From: Phoronis australis
Taxonomy: Eukaryota > Animalia > Phoronida
Direction of reading: 5' to 3'
NCBI GenBank assembly: GCA_002633005.1
Contig: NMRA01000427.1
Location: 197,887-261,886 of the forward strand
Length of the DNA stretch: 64,000 bases
Shown here: positions 51,602 to 64,000 of the stretch, in pieces
How positions within the stretch are numbered: position 1 is the first letter of the stretch
How the letters are laid out: every line of letters begins with the position of its first letter
The notes under the pieces: model-generated
What the model was told of the DNA's origin: nothing
Seen by the model: only the letters and a program-made list of their open reading frames with translations
Database searches by the model: none
Made by a program: the position numbers and the translations under genes

Positions 51602-51767
51602 TGTTTTGTTATTATTAATATATTTTAGTTTTCGTATTTTTGATTTTATTAGCCAATGGCAGTCACCATTTTGTATTGACATCAATCCCGCAGCAAATAC
51701 ATACTGTACTTCCGGTTTCATGTAAACAACGTGGTTTTATCGTCATTCATTTGGTAGCCTTAAAACA
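51602..51767 (+). repeat. 5' LTR
   Basis: TGTT...AACA; 12 substitutions versus the 3' LTR by manual count (~93%). Confidence 0.95.
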
Positions 51768-51785
51768 TGGTGTCAGGAATGGGAT
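51768..51785 (+). promoter_or_regulatory. Primer-binding site, tRNA-Leu-like
   Basis: TGGTGTCAGGAATGGGAT immediately after the 5' LTR; near-complementary to the 3' end of metazoan tRNA-Leu (…AUCCCACUCCUGACACCA, from memory). Confidence 0.8.
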
Positions 51786-52195
51786 GCTTCGAAATACTAA
51801 ATGAAAAACACTGAAAACGAAATATAAAGCCGCAGAAAACAGTTAGGACTGTAGTCTGAAGGTGGATGGTCGAATGAAAAGGTAGATTTTTGTGGATGAA
51901 ATCATCGCTTGTTTGTGACCACATTGTCTACATAAACAGGTATCATATCGTCAATTGAGCATTCCCTGCATGTCAGTCGGCACAAAAGTGATAACTGGAA
52001 AGGTAGGATCGACTCCCGTTTCCTTGTCAACTCTTAAAGTCAAGTCATCACATCAGTCAAGTCGAATTTGTGTCATCACTGTCCGTATCACTGATCGTCA
52101 AATCTATAGACTTGCTCGTTCGGGAAATGTCAATATCTACTACTGCTGTGTACTGTCAATCATTGTGTGTGTGTAGCACTACCATATCGTCCACA

Positions 52196-55100
52196 ATGCA
52201 TAAATATCAAGCACCGGAAGCATTTTATTTCTCGAAACCATCGCCATGGCCCGACTGGAAAACCAGGTTTATGCGTTACTACATTCTAGAGAAAATCAGG
52301 GATGAAGAAGGTGATGTACAAGTCTCTGCACTTGTGTATACGATGGGTCGTCAAGCCTAACACATCATCAAGTCATTCAAATTTGGAACACCTGTTCCAA
52401 CAGAGGAAGTGCCAAATCCACCAGATCCAAAAGACGATTTCAATACGGTTCTGCAGAAATTCGAGGACTATTTTGTTCCACGCAAAAACACTATCCATGA
52501 GGGAACGAAATTCTGTATATCAACGTAGCCAACAGCAGGTCGAGTCAGTTGAAAGTTCTGTTAGAAGTCTACATGAACTAGCAGCTCATTGTAATTTCGG
52601 CAAAAAAGAAGATGAGCATATTCGAGACCGTCTTATCTCGGGGATGACCGTCAAAGAGTTGTCGCGTGATCTTCAAATGGAACAGGAAAACCTGACACTT
52701 TCAAAGGCCATAGACACTGCTCGATACAAATAACTTGTACAGGCTAATCAGAGTGAAGGTGCATCTGTCAGTTTCGTGAAAAACGGGGGCAGATGTCAAA
52801 AAAAGAAATCGCCCAAGAAATCATCACACCATTGTCATAGCCAATCCAACTAAAACCAATTTAGTGGAGACCAGTCGGAGAAGAAGAATGCCCTAATTGT
52901 GGATTCGTCCATAGATCCCCTGGGCCTTAAGCCTGTCCTAGCAGAGGGAAAATATTCGGTTCTGTTCGAAACAGGGTCACTTCGCCTCCGTATGCCGTAA
53001 GAACAAAGTCAATGAAGTTTACGAAGAGGAGGACAACCAACAGGCTGATCATTTCTGTGGTGCAGTAAATGTTGACTACTTCCTAGGCGCCGTAAACTGT
53101 AATGATAGCGAACCCGCTTGGAAGGTGACTGTCACCTTGAGCAACTCTTCAGAAACATTCAAGATAGACATCGGTGCTGATGTGTTCATCATGTCGTACT
53201 CCCAGTATCTCAAGATCATGCCAAGACCTCCTCTGAAAGATATCAAGGCTAAGCTGTCGAGCCCTGGCGGTCCTCTTAGTTGTCGAGGACAGTTCGGTGC
53301 AAGAACTGTGTTCAAGGGACAGAATTATCATTTTCGTGTGATGGTGGTTGATGGAAAAGTTGAAAGTCTTCTTGGCCGGGGAGTAGCCAGTCAGATGAAC
53401 CTTATCGTTTGAGTTAACTCCGTTACTGAAGATATAGGACTTTTCAATACTGACCTAGTCAAGATATCCCTGAAAGAGAATGCCCAGCCATATTCCCTAA
53501 ACGCAGCTCGACGTATTCCGTTTCCACTTGAGAAGAAAGTGAAAGAGGAGATTTACCGTCTTACCAAACTTGGAATCATCAAGGTTGTAACTCGTCCTAC
53601 GCCGTGGTGTGCCCCGATGGCACCTGTCTTGAAAAAAACGGGCAACGTCAGACTCTGTGTCGATCTAAAGAGGTTGAATGTGAACATCCAACGAGAAAGA
53701 TTTGTCCTGCCAACCCTAAAGGATGTGATTTCGAAACTCCTGGAAGCAACAATTATCTCATGTCTTGACACAGCGAGTGGTTTCTACCAGATCCCTGTAG
53801 CAGAAGAGAGCCAGGACTTAACTACTTTTATAACCCCATTTGGGCGTTATTGTTTCCGTCGTCTTCCATTCGGCATCACCTCTGTCCCTCAAATCTTCAT
53901 GAGGAAAATGCTAGAAGTGCTAGAGGGCCTGGACGGCGTGTTTGTGTATATGGACGACATCTTGGTGTATGGTGCGAACACTGCCGAACAGGACGCTAGG
54001 TTGTCAAATGTCCTTGAAACCCTTCACCGAGCTGGCCTGAAGCTGAATAAAGATAAATGCTTGTATAGGAAAGAAGAGCTGAAGTTCCTAGGTCACCTGT
54101 TCAGTAAGAATGGGATACGGGCCAACCCAGGCAAGGTTACAGCCATCCTACAAATGTAGCCGCCCAAGTCAGTTACTCAAGTTCGTCAGTTCATTGGAAT
54201 GGTACACTACCGTCGTTCATTTCTACCTGACCTGAACTCTGTCACCGGTCCACTAAATGATCTACTGAAGTCAGACCGCCAATGGACTTGGGATGCGCCC
54301 CAAGAAGCATTTAAAAGGACGAAACAGCTTATTGCATCAATTCCCGTCTTGTCTTACTATATGATGTGACAAAGCCAATTATTGTAAGCACTGATGCCAG
54401 TTCTTATGGTCTGGGTGGTGTGTTGTTACAGCAGCAGGACAGCATTCTTAAGCCAATAGCCTTTTGTTCTCGAACCCTCACACAGAGTGAACAGAAGTAT
54501 GCCCAGATTGAGAAAGAATGTTTGGCGAGTGTGTGGGCATACGAAAAGTTTGACCACTATATCTGTGGGCACAGCAATGTCACAATATATACCGACCACA
54601 AGCCTCTTGTCCCTCTTATCAAATCCAAGAGACTGGATGAAGTACCACTACGTTGCCAGAGGATTCTAATGAGACTGATGAGATATGATGTCACAGCAAC
54701 ACATGTCCCAGGAAAGGATATGCATGTGTCTGATGCGTTATGAAGAAGCCCTCTCACCCTAAAAGATTCTTCAACTGACCAAGCTGTTCAACTACATGTA
54801 CAGTCAATCGAGTCAAGCCTGCCAATTACACACGACAAGAAGATGGACATCCGTAAAGCAACGTCTGATGATCCAGTACTGAGGTCAGTCATCGTATACA
54901 CCCTAACTGGTTGGCCGAGGTATGAAAGAGGTGTTCCTGAAAGCTTAAAGACTCTATATGCACATCGTGCATCACTGTCTGTCTCTGATGGTCTGTTAGT
55001 CTTCAATTCAAGGATCGTCGTTCCCCATGGTATGAGACCAGAAATACTTGACAGAATCCATGACGGCCATCAGGGAGTGAAAAAGTGTCTCGAGAGAAAA

Positions 55101-55934
55101 CGACTAGGTGTGTGGTGGTCTGGTATCACCAATGATATAAAGAGGACTGTTAAATTGTGTAGCCACTGCACAGAGAAGAAGCCAACCCAAAGGCGTGAAC
55201 CTCTTATGCCAACTCCATTGCCACAGGGTCCATGGCAGCGACTCGGGGTTGATTTGTTCTTCTTCAAAAGCAAGAACTACCTAGTGATGTGTGACTGCTA
55301 CTCACGTTGGATAGAGATTCTCGCCCTCAGTTCAACAAACGCTACAGCCGTCATCTGCCGCATGAAGGGCGTATTTGATCGATTCGGTGTCCCAACCGAG
55401 GTCGTATCTGACAATGGTCCACAATTTACGTCCGCGAAGTTCAGAGAGTTTGCATCTAAGTACAATTTTCGTCATGTCACTTCCAGTTCTTATCTTCCTA
55501 ATTCCAACGGGGAAGCAGAGAGAGCTGTCCAAACAGCTAAAACTATGTTGAGCCAAGATGACCCCTGGCTTGCCTTGATGGTCTACCGAGACACCCCGAT
55601 TGCAGCAACAGGAGCTAGTCCATCACAGCTCACAGTAGGAAGACATTTGAGAACTACACTACCTGTTCCGTCCTCAACACTAGAGCCTGTATGGCCAAAC
55701 CGAGAGCAGATCCTTGCCAAAGATCAGAAGTACAAGGCGACATCTTCGACGTCCCATAACCAATATCATGGTGCTAAGCCACTTCAACCGCTTCAACAAG
55801 GAGAGTCTGTCTTAGTCAAGACAGATAGTGAGAAAGGGTGGACCGAGCTGGGAATCGTCCACGGTGAAACGATCACGCCAAGATCATATCTAGTTGAGAC
55901 TAAGTCTGGAGTTTGTAAAAGGAACCGCCGATAA
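52196..55934 (+). pseudogene. Gypsy gag-pol pseudo-ORF
   Basis: Gag WPDWKTRF, IRDRLISG and GHFASVC knuckle; PR FKIDIGAD; RT LCVDL, LPFGI, YMDD; RH TDASSYGLG, YAQIEKE, TDHKPL; IN HDGHQG...CSHC, SDNGPQF, SNGEAER; multiple stops and frameshifts. Confidence 0.95.
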
Positions 55935-56350
55935 CATCTAACCCTACAGCAACAACCATGTCATAGACGGACACCTCTCATGCGCCACCTACTTGTGTTG
56001 TTCCTAAACAGTGTGTATTGCCTATGACTTCACACTCTCCGGGATCTCCTCGTCGCTCAGGCCGATGTGTTAAAAGACCGGATCGACTGATCGAATCAAT
56101 TTGGTGTGTTTGTGTTTATACAGTGCCTGGATTCTATATAATAATCCAGGGCGACAATGGAGTGAAGTGCTACTAACCTCTCCTCCTAAAGAATTTGTGT
56201 TTTTATGTGCCTTAAGGAAATTACTCATGAGTAGTGTGTTCTAAAAGACTTATGTTCCAAGAGACTTTGTGTTGATACGAACATTTTATTTGAACTCTCA
56301 AAGACTGAAAGACATTCCAAATAGTTGTCATGTGACTTTGTGTGTCGTCT

Positions 56351-56362
56351 GAAAGAGGGGGA
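56351..56362 (+). promoter_or_regulatory. Polypurine tract
   Basis: gaaagaggggga directly before the 3' LTR. Confidence 0.9.
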
Positions 56363-56528
56363 TGTTATATTATTAGTAATATATTTTAGTTTTCGTATTT
56401 TTGATTTTATTAGCCAATGGCAGTCGCCATTTTGTATTGACGTTAATCCCGCAGCAAATAAATACTTTACTTTCGGTTTCATGTAAACAACGTGGTTTTA
56501 TAATCATTTATTTGGTAGCCTTAAAACA
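56363..56528 (+). repeat. 3' LTR
   Basis: Direct repeat of 51602-51767. Confidence 0.95.
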
Positions 56529-57117
56529 GATACTTTCCTCGCGGTACTCCAAAACGAACCACAGAGATTGTACTGGTAAAACCTACAATACTTCTTGATG
56601 TCTTGAATGTGCATAAAGAGTCTTCGTACAAGTTGAGAAAAAGTTTTTCGTCTAACTGGTGATGGGGACGACAAAGCAATTAAGCGAGCAGTAGATCCTG
56701 ACTTGTATTTCTGGAACACCACCCAGGAAAACGCCTTGAAACTGTTTCCATGGGATACCCTTCTGACGAAGATATTGGTTGGTCAACTTCTTTAAACCCT
56801 TTCGAGATCGCAGTCGATGAACAGCCGTGTCCGTCGCTTGTCAACGTGTACGTGCCTTTGTTATGTGCAAGTTATGGTGGAAGTGAAACGGGTGCGCCGA
56901 TTAGGTGATCAATCATTTGTGTTACGTAAACAATCAAGTTCGTAACGAGTTCAAAGATCCACTTCGACGTGGGTTGTCGTTGTCTCACCAACTCGAGAAC
57001 GTGAAGGTGACCCAGAATGGAAAACAAAAGGATCCAGGTCTCATTCTCCTCTCACTACAATGGGTTCATCCCCTTGAAAAAGACGGGAAACAGAAGATAT
57101 ACCTCCTCGTCACTTCT

Positions 57118-57610
57118 AGCAAGACCTGGACGCCGAGTTCGATCGTTACCTCAAAGAGATGGTTTCATTTCTGGAAATAACGACCTGAATACCATGAAGA
57201 AACAGTTTTTTCCAATACTTTCATCCATGCAAGATTTGAGTTTCGTGGTCGAGCGCAACAATAACTTTATGGGCTTAACAACAGATCAACTTAAATTTCT
57301 CGACATTGTGAATTACTTGGCACCGGATTGTAGATATGCAAAGTTTTTGAAGGCGTACTATTGTTTTCCACAGGTACCACGAAAATGGAAAGACGTTTAT
57401 ACGCCAAAGGGAGAAGGAGAAACTACGAAAAAGACCAAAGAAGGTGTCAGATTCTGGGATTCGATGTAAATGCTCTTTACCTTCGTAGCATTATGAACGA
57501 GTAACCGATCGGACCATTTATTCATCGTATGCAAGAAACCAATTTCCAACGAGTTTCCCACCCGAAGGCGAGAAAGGCAACTGCTTGGTTGGATTACGTA
57601 GCGTGCAGTG
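57118..57610 (+). pseudogene. Second pPolB fragment, inverted homolog of ~50590-51115
   Basis: GFISGNNDLNTMKKQFF...QLKFLDIVNYLAP...YAKFLKAY; nucleotide similarity to the reverse complement of the first remnant. Confidence 0.85.
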
Positions 57611-58685
57611 CTGAACCGTGAAGACAATTGGAAGTTTTTCACATTTTGCTTTTGAGGAGACCTCGGGATTTTGACCATCTAATGATTTGTCAGTGTGGTC
57701 ATCCTTCTTTGTGTGTCAGTAACATAGAAGCAGATGTGACTAGAATGGTCTCGTATGATTCGAGAATCTTATCAACTTCCTCGTCAAAGAGAGTTGCCAT
57801 CTTCGCACATAATTTCAAGAAACTTTAAAACGCAATTTACAGTTGTACATGGCCCAGCCATTCCTTGATCCGTTTGTTAGAGTTGTTTCTTTACAATCAA
57901 TCATGTTTAACGGCCTCGATATTGGAAGTCCCTACTTGGTTTATGGCGAAACCTGTCTGTACTGTTACATGTATATGTCCGTCAGGGGTTATTCGGTGCT
58001 CTGTGCGGCAAGATTGCTCACATTAAATATTTTCCCCATACCATGAATACATTATATACCTAATGCAGCTCAAAATGAGAGAGGATTCCGTTGGTGAGAT
58101 GTTTTGGGGGTTTTGCTGGTCCAAGCACACTGTACTTGTTTTGTGTCACGCGTCATTTAGTGATCAGCGGCTTGCACTGGATCCTACCGTAGGCCTATAA
58201 AGAATTTTTTGTAATGTACCGGCAGGCCTATATGCTGGTAATTTCGGTTTTAAAATAGTCTTGCTTTCACAAAACACCATTTGATAAGATTCCATTCCAC
58301 TGTAGATATTGATTCCAAATGGTAGACATAAAATTTACCCACATACCATTTGGCAGTTCGGAGGTGCCAATGTCCGACTCAGTGGCAAAATTCTGGCTAA
58401 TACTCTGCCCCCCCCCCCCCCCNTCAAACTCCCTGATCAGCCCCTGGGTGTGGTTTTTGTCAGATTATAATCTAGGATACTTAATAACCACAGAACCTGG
58501 ACATCGCATGGCAGTGGTCGGCAAAACTGAAAATTTCAGGTTTCAATGCACTGGGTCAATTTTCCAAGAGAAACGTTTGATAGCCGAGGGGACTGCTTCA
58601 GGCAATTCACCTGTTGTATAAATATGATCAGTGTGGAATGTGGATCCCAGAGTAAAATCACCTTCACACAAATTCATGGAATGTA

Positions 58686-58691
58686 TTTATT
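58686..58691 (-). promoter_or_regulatory. Candidate polyadenylation signal of the PPxY gene (3' UTR ~1.3 kb)
   Basis: AATAAA on the minus strand at the end of an AT-rich stretch downstream of the stop at 60001. Confidence 0.45.
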
Positions 58692-60000
58692 TTAAAATGC
58701 ATCTTAAATGAACCTTTAAAATATTAATAAATTTACAAATCCAAGTATAACTTCGCAAATAAACTTCGTTAAATTTTATTTGACAATTAAACATAAAGGT
58801 TACAGTTACACACACAAACCTTATAAAACATTTAAAATGATGTATAAGTAATTATTTTCAATGTCTAGACAATAAAGATTTTCAGCAGCCTTTTAACGTA
58901 TCACATATATCCACAAATCAAAACTGGTTATTAACCATCAACATTTGATTGAACAATGAGCGATTGACACAAAAGTACCACAGATGCACACCATGCCTCT
59001 CACTATGGCACCTGATCCTAACATTGCAATGGTGCACACGTGATTACATCTGCTTCCAATTACATGAACACTTAACATTTGTCTAACCGGATTGTGTGAA
59101 CATTCTTCGATTCCAAGTATTCAACAAGCATCCAGTCCTGTTACATGTAGGTGTCTATGAACAGTTGTATTATTTTTTGATTGTAAATAATAACTACAGA
59201 GTATTAAGAAGATATTGGACCAACAGGCATGAATACACACCTCTACTTTATCAACTGCCTGCAGTTTTAACACCTCGACACAAATCATTCAACCAACATT
59301 TATATCAGGAGTACATTAATTTAGCTATACATCATGAGGCTTCACTTCATGAGGCTAGGCAAATGTAAACTACCTGACATGTAAGTAAATATGCCGTGTT
59401 TAAGAATAAGATCACTTAATGCTTCTCATCACAATTCAAAGTAAGTCTAAGCCAGAGAACAGTATGCAGAGAGCCCAGATAAGATTCATCATGTGACAGA
59501 TTTATGGAATAGGGTGCATGGGATCCCAATTTACCATAAGTGTGGCATTACTCAAGCATTCACATTTTAATCACATTAAGGGTTATTTAAAACTTGTGTC
59601 AATAACAGCAACCTTGGTTCCTCCTTAATAAAAGTACAGGCGGGTTGGAAAATATTCAGCCTCAGCAAGCAGTCAATAACATGATATGGTACTTCTCCAC
59701 ATATCTTGCACAAAATAATTACCAAAAATGGTGATTTTCCATTTTTCAAAGGCTGATTACCTTTTTTTGCTAATAATGAGAGTTTCATCAAAAGTTTTGT
59801 GACACACTACAATTCATGCTTGCCATAGACTAAAACATTATTTAAATCTTTATTTTTGTGGAGAAATTAAGTAGCAAAAAAAGAATTTCACTTGCCAGCC
59901 ATACTGTGTCCTGTATAACTAAAGGATTCTCATAGTATTCTGCAGCAGTAGAAGTGATGAATATGTTTTTTCCAAATCGGGCATCTTAAGTAAACAGCCA

Positions 60001-60033
60001 TTATGAATGAACACTCTCATAAGGAGGAGGCAC
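60001..60033 (-). CDS. Last coding exon of a WBP1/VOPP1/CYYR1-like protein: VPPPYESVHS*
   Basis: gttatgtttgttccag| acceptor; phase 0 matches the upstream donor; terminal PPPY motif; TAA stop. Confidence 0.85.
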   Translation of the reverse strand: MPPPYESVHS

Positions 60034-61675
60034 CTGGAACAAACATAACATTGCATTAACAAATCAGAATCAAACAATTAGCAAAACATGCCAAGTAACA
60101 ATTTCATGGCTTCCCTAATGAATACATAAATCTTCAGTCACGATCATCACTGATGCTTTTGAAGTATAGACATGAGGGCGAAAGCAAATAAACACTTCTA
60201 TGGCCATTATCACCATGGTGATTATTGCCCAGTTCCGGACAATGTCATCTGGGACTGCACAGCTGGATAGTGCACTAGCAAAAAAGACTTTTTACACTGA
60301 CGTGTATACAACAAAGTTTACATTCAGAAACACGGAGTCTATAAATACAAACTATGACAGTGACACCAACATGGAAGGACACTGAGCAGACATGGATTGA
60401 GGAACAATGTGCGTAGTTAAGACCTTTTGGTACCACTAATTTTACTTTGTATTACGCAGCTGACATAAATTATGTCCTGTTTCTCATGAAGCCTTGCTTT
60501 TGTCTGGCACTGACATTGTTCATTTTTGGAAACCCTAAATCCATAAAATTGTACAAAATTGGTCGCTCTCATATCACTTGTAGCTGTGTGGAGCAGACAT
60601 TCATCATTTTTTATTATTGGTCAACACAGTTGCCAATGCCAACAACATATCTAACTAAACACCTGGCGATCGTATCCAGCAGTCTCCGTGACTCCTTTTC
60701 AGAAATCATGCAACCCTTTTGTAGTTGCCATTTCAACATCTGAATTTATGATGACAAAGACCTGGCAAGCCTGAAAATTAAAATGGGGGTGCTTACCCGA
60801 TGAGCCAGAGTGTCCCCTGGTCATACATGACCTTTGAAAACAAAGTACACGGACTCAAAGCCCAAAGGATTTCCCATTACGGTATGACTAGTTGCAGGCA
60901 TGCCAGTTATAATCAGTGTTCCCTAACCAACATGTATTCGAGTAGCTAAGTATGCACGTTAAAAGAATACTCGCCAAAATTCTAAAACCGGCCTGTCGTA
61001 ACAATGTCATCAAAGCAGTTGATGATGTAAACAGCATAAATATAAGTGCAAACTACCTCCATTTGCTTGCGATGTTCACATTTTTGCAACTTGAACGATT
61101 TGAAAAACTTCCTGTCAAGCAATTACCACAAGGCATTCTACGCTCAGGTCGAATGACAGACTGATGCACAAATTTCACAAAAAATGACTGCTGTTGATAC
61201 TGTATTCAATGATCAATTTTGCATGATATAAAAAGCCTCAAAACAGTGGTTTTGTGCAGAATTCCTTCATTGGGTCATTCAAGTTCATCCTTCGGCACTA
61301 GTTACATGACCTAGAGACCTAGATATGGAAAAATATGTCAGTCACAGAATGTCACGATTAGAGCACCTGTAACTTTCGCTTCAGATGTGAACAAGGGCAG
61401 CATCTGACTCTTAAAACTATGAGAAAGGAATGGTTCTTTTGAAGAAAAACATTGTTGCATAACATGTGAGACTGCAGTACATTTCAGACCTGGTGTCTAT
61501 TTCAACAACTCGGTCATTCCTAATTGCGTCACAAAAGAGACTGTCATAGGCACGTAATCACAGACGTGCTTAGTCAGGTCTTTATGCAGCGGATAATCAA
61601 AGATGAGATCCTGGTCTCAGCAATCACAGGTTTTAACAGATGAAACATGTCTCAGTTACCAAATAGAACACTTAC

Positions 61676-61971
61676 ACTTGCATATCCAGGAATGTTGTTC
61701 TGAGACAGTCCCATTTGTGTAGAGTACGGCGGGGACATTTGTGCTGGGTATCCTGGGTATGGGGGCGGTCCTGTGTACATTGTAGGCGGTGCTCCAGGTT
61801 GTGCTGGTGGTGTGTACATAGGCATGTTTGATGTTGCCATGGTAGCGACCCCACACTGGACAGGCTGTGGACCTCTTGCTATCCTGGTATGCTGGGCCAT
61901 GTACCGTCGACGGCAGTAATACGAGCACAACGAAATGGTGACAATGACGACGAAGAACACCAGCCAGACCC
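61676..61971 (-). CDS. Internal exon of a single-pass membrane protein with juxtamembrane Cys and a Pro-rich PPxY tail (WBP1/VOPP1/CYYR1/Shisa-like group); 5' exons not identified
   Basis: ttttctgtttag| ... |gtaagt; VWLVFFVVIVTISLCSYYCRRRY...GPPPYPGY...SPPYS...PGYAS. Confidence 0.88.
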
Positions 61972-62607
61972 CTAAACAGAAAATCAAATGACATCAGCCA
62001 GTTGGATGGCTTGGATACAGGGGACGTTCCGTAGGCATAAACCATTTGTGAGTAAAGCTAGTCTGGTCATGTGCTTCATCTGTAATGCATGATAATGTCT
62101 CACAAAGACATGGCTGGCCTCGCTTTCTTGCAAGAAACTTGCTCAGCAGAACACAGCATTAGTCATGACAAAGGGTTGTCCAATGGCAGCTTGAAATTCA
62201 CTAGGTGGCACTAATTGAACATGGTTTCAGTAGAGAAAATACATGCATTTGGGTGAATGACAACGACGTTAATTTAACAACTTCCTGCTCTCAATCTATT
62301 CAGATAACTAGAGAACACAAAAAGCAATAAACCCCAGATGCATGACGAAACAAACTTATCAGATTGACTTACACCACCATGAATACCACTCTATGGTCGA
62401 CAGGCAGCACAAATGATTTGCAGTGTCACAACAGTAGTAGCTACCTGGAAAAGAGGAAACCAACCACTTATCAACACCTGTTGGTGTTCACCACTTGACT
62501 GACAGTCTAGCAGCCTTGACCGACAGTCAAGCGGCCTTGAATTTTCATTAATTACCATATAAGTTCCATCCATACACAGACTTACCCTCAGAACAACATG
62601 CACTAGT

Positions 62608-62687
62608 GCACACACACACACACACACAACACACACACANACACACACAAACACACACACGCATGCACAAACACACACACGCATGCA

Positions 62688-62724
<37 letters not shown>

Positions 62725-62728
62725 ACAT
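62608..62728. repeat. (CA)n microsatellite
   Basis: Directly visible. Confidence 0.95.
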
Positions 62729-63854
62729 CCAATAACTACAGTAGCACAAATCAGGAGTTGTTGCTCTGTACATGACAATAAACAGCTGATGCGAATACGG
62801 TGTGCAAATCTAGCGACAACTCGTTCCGGGAGTAACATGTTCTAGGGTAAGCCAGTGTGTAGATGGTATTGTACTCATGGTATTAAGATGGAAAAGGTGA
62901 AATTGCCTGGTTTCAGAAGAACAAACTTGGTAAGGAACGTGTGAAAATGTAGACACATCTCTATGACAGTTACAATCAATATGTGAAAAGTGATTATCAT
63001 AAATTACACAACTAAGTATTTATGCCATTACCAATACTTATTACGAAGATCAGTGTCGGCCAACATTCTATAGAACATATAAAAAACAGTCCAAGTTTCG
63101 TGATGTTCCTAAAGCACTGATGATGATGCTAAGCAAGTCTCCTGCAATGTAATGTGAAACAATTCAGGCTTTCTGTCACATGCATAAGTACCAGACATGT
63201 GCAAACCCCTCACCTTAGACAATGACCATCGTCTTTAGCTCTCCCAAGTAGAGATGATCGAGGCTCCTATAGGCGCTTCATATGTCGGAAGCTTTTTGGC
63301 AAATTATGCCTCACACCCACTAAAGCATCAAAGTCACGTTCTTAAAAATATCTTTTGTGCATAGAGGGACACCTTAGGAGGCCGTCGATGTTTCGATTTC
63401 GTCCAACTCGACGAATAACCTCCGTTATCAAACTTTTTCTTCGAGAAATCCCTCACCATTTTCAACACTACATGTGGCAGGTGGAGTACAGAGTGTTAAA
63501 ACCGGCGAGTTACCGATTTTGGGAATTGAATGAGGGACTACTCAAAGAAAAAGTTTAACAACGAGAATATTTGTCAGAGTTGGAAGGAATTAAAAACATC
63601 GACGACCTCTTAAAGTGTAAATTGCAAGGTCTCAACCAATCTGAACAACAATATGCTCTAAATTCGTGTTTATAATTATTCTTGCTACATGTATATTCTT
63701 AACATTAACTGAATTGTACGTCGCTATAAAAAGTTATTTACATATTTGTTGCCGTGGCGTTGTAACGCCATTGTTGTAACGGAAAATAGAAACGGCGCCA
63801 TTTTCCTTCGTTACATATCTGTGACGTGGTGTTGGGGAATACAAAGAAAACAAT

Positions 63855-64000
63855 ATGGATCCCAGTGAGTACAGCAGCGTAGATGAAGAATATTTTGAAA
63901 GATACAGGGAGGGTCAGGTGGAGTTTTCAGACGATTCTGACGTTTCGGATGTGGAGGAGGAGGCGATAGACCCCATAGGAACAATTTGTGCTCACACCTT
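63855..64000 (+). CDS. Possible start of an acidic-N-terminus ORF cut by the window edge (MDPSEYSSVDEEYFERYREGQVEFSDDSDVSDVEEEAIDPIGTICAH...)
   Basis: 48 open codons after a CpG-rich stretch with gccatttt and gtgacgt motifs; product unknown. Confidence 0.35.
   Translation, partial: MDPSEYSSVDEEYFERYREGQVEFSDDSDVSDVEEEAIDPIGTICAHT

Larger units (their letters stand above)
51602..56528 (+). mobile_element. Ty3/Gypsy LTR retrotransposon, near full length (4927 bp), disabled
   Basis: 166-bp LTRs (TG...CA), PBS, gag-PR-RT-RH-IN order, PPT; flanks aatat/gatac may be a decayed 5-bp TSD. Confidence 0.97.

Noticed and set aside
50946-51725. 259-aa plus-strand ORF
   Set aside because: Antisense to the polB remnant and runs into the LTR, with no recognisable motifs.
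62391-62845. Cys-rich ORFs (CVCVC..., TSACCSE|gtaagt) as the missing ectodomain exon of the PPxY gene
   Set aside because: The cysteines derive from the (CA)n microsatellite and there is no credible acceptor or signal peptide.
1-64000. CRISPR-like arrays, rRNA, prokaryotic operons or Fanzor/TnpB-type ORFs
   Set aside because: No regularly spaced repeat-spacer structure, no rRNA motifs and no suitable ORFs seen. The DNA is intron-rich and eukaryotic.

Overview
AT-rich animal genomic DNA (marine-invertebrate-like; the taxon cannot be fixed from sequence), with two assembly gaps. Two spliced host genes can be reconstructed by hand on the minus strand. The first is a complete 9-exon, 379-aa ZP-domain membrane protein gene (signal peptide, ZP-N, cysteine-poor ZP-C, RKRR furin site, TM) with a TATA/Inr promoter, ~18.55-32.92 kb. 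The second is the 3' part of a WBP1/VOPP1/CYYR1-like TM + PPxY protein gene, ~58.7-62.0 kb. Most of the rest is layered mobile-element debris: a near full-length but disabled Gypsy LTR retrotransposon sitting inside Polinton/adintovirus-type pPolB remnants, three Penelope-like (GIY-YIG) insertions with fold-back structures and four hammerhead-ribozyme motifs, CR1-group and RNase H-bearing LINE fragments, an ISL2EU/Harbinger transposase fragment and several MITE families. A ~1.75-kb inverted segmental duplication brackets the ZP gene and supplies the empty site of a LINE insertion. I found no convincing wholly new multi-gene system; the best leads are listed as findings. All identities were counted or estimated by eye, and no database search was run.
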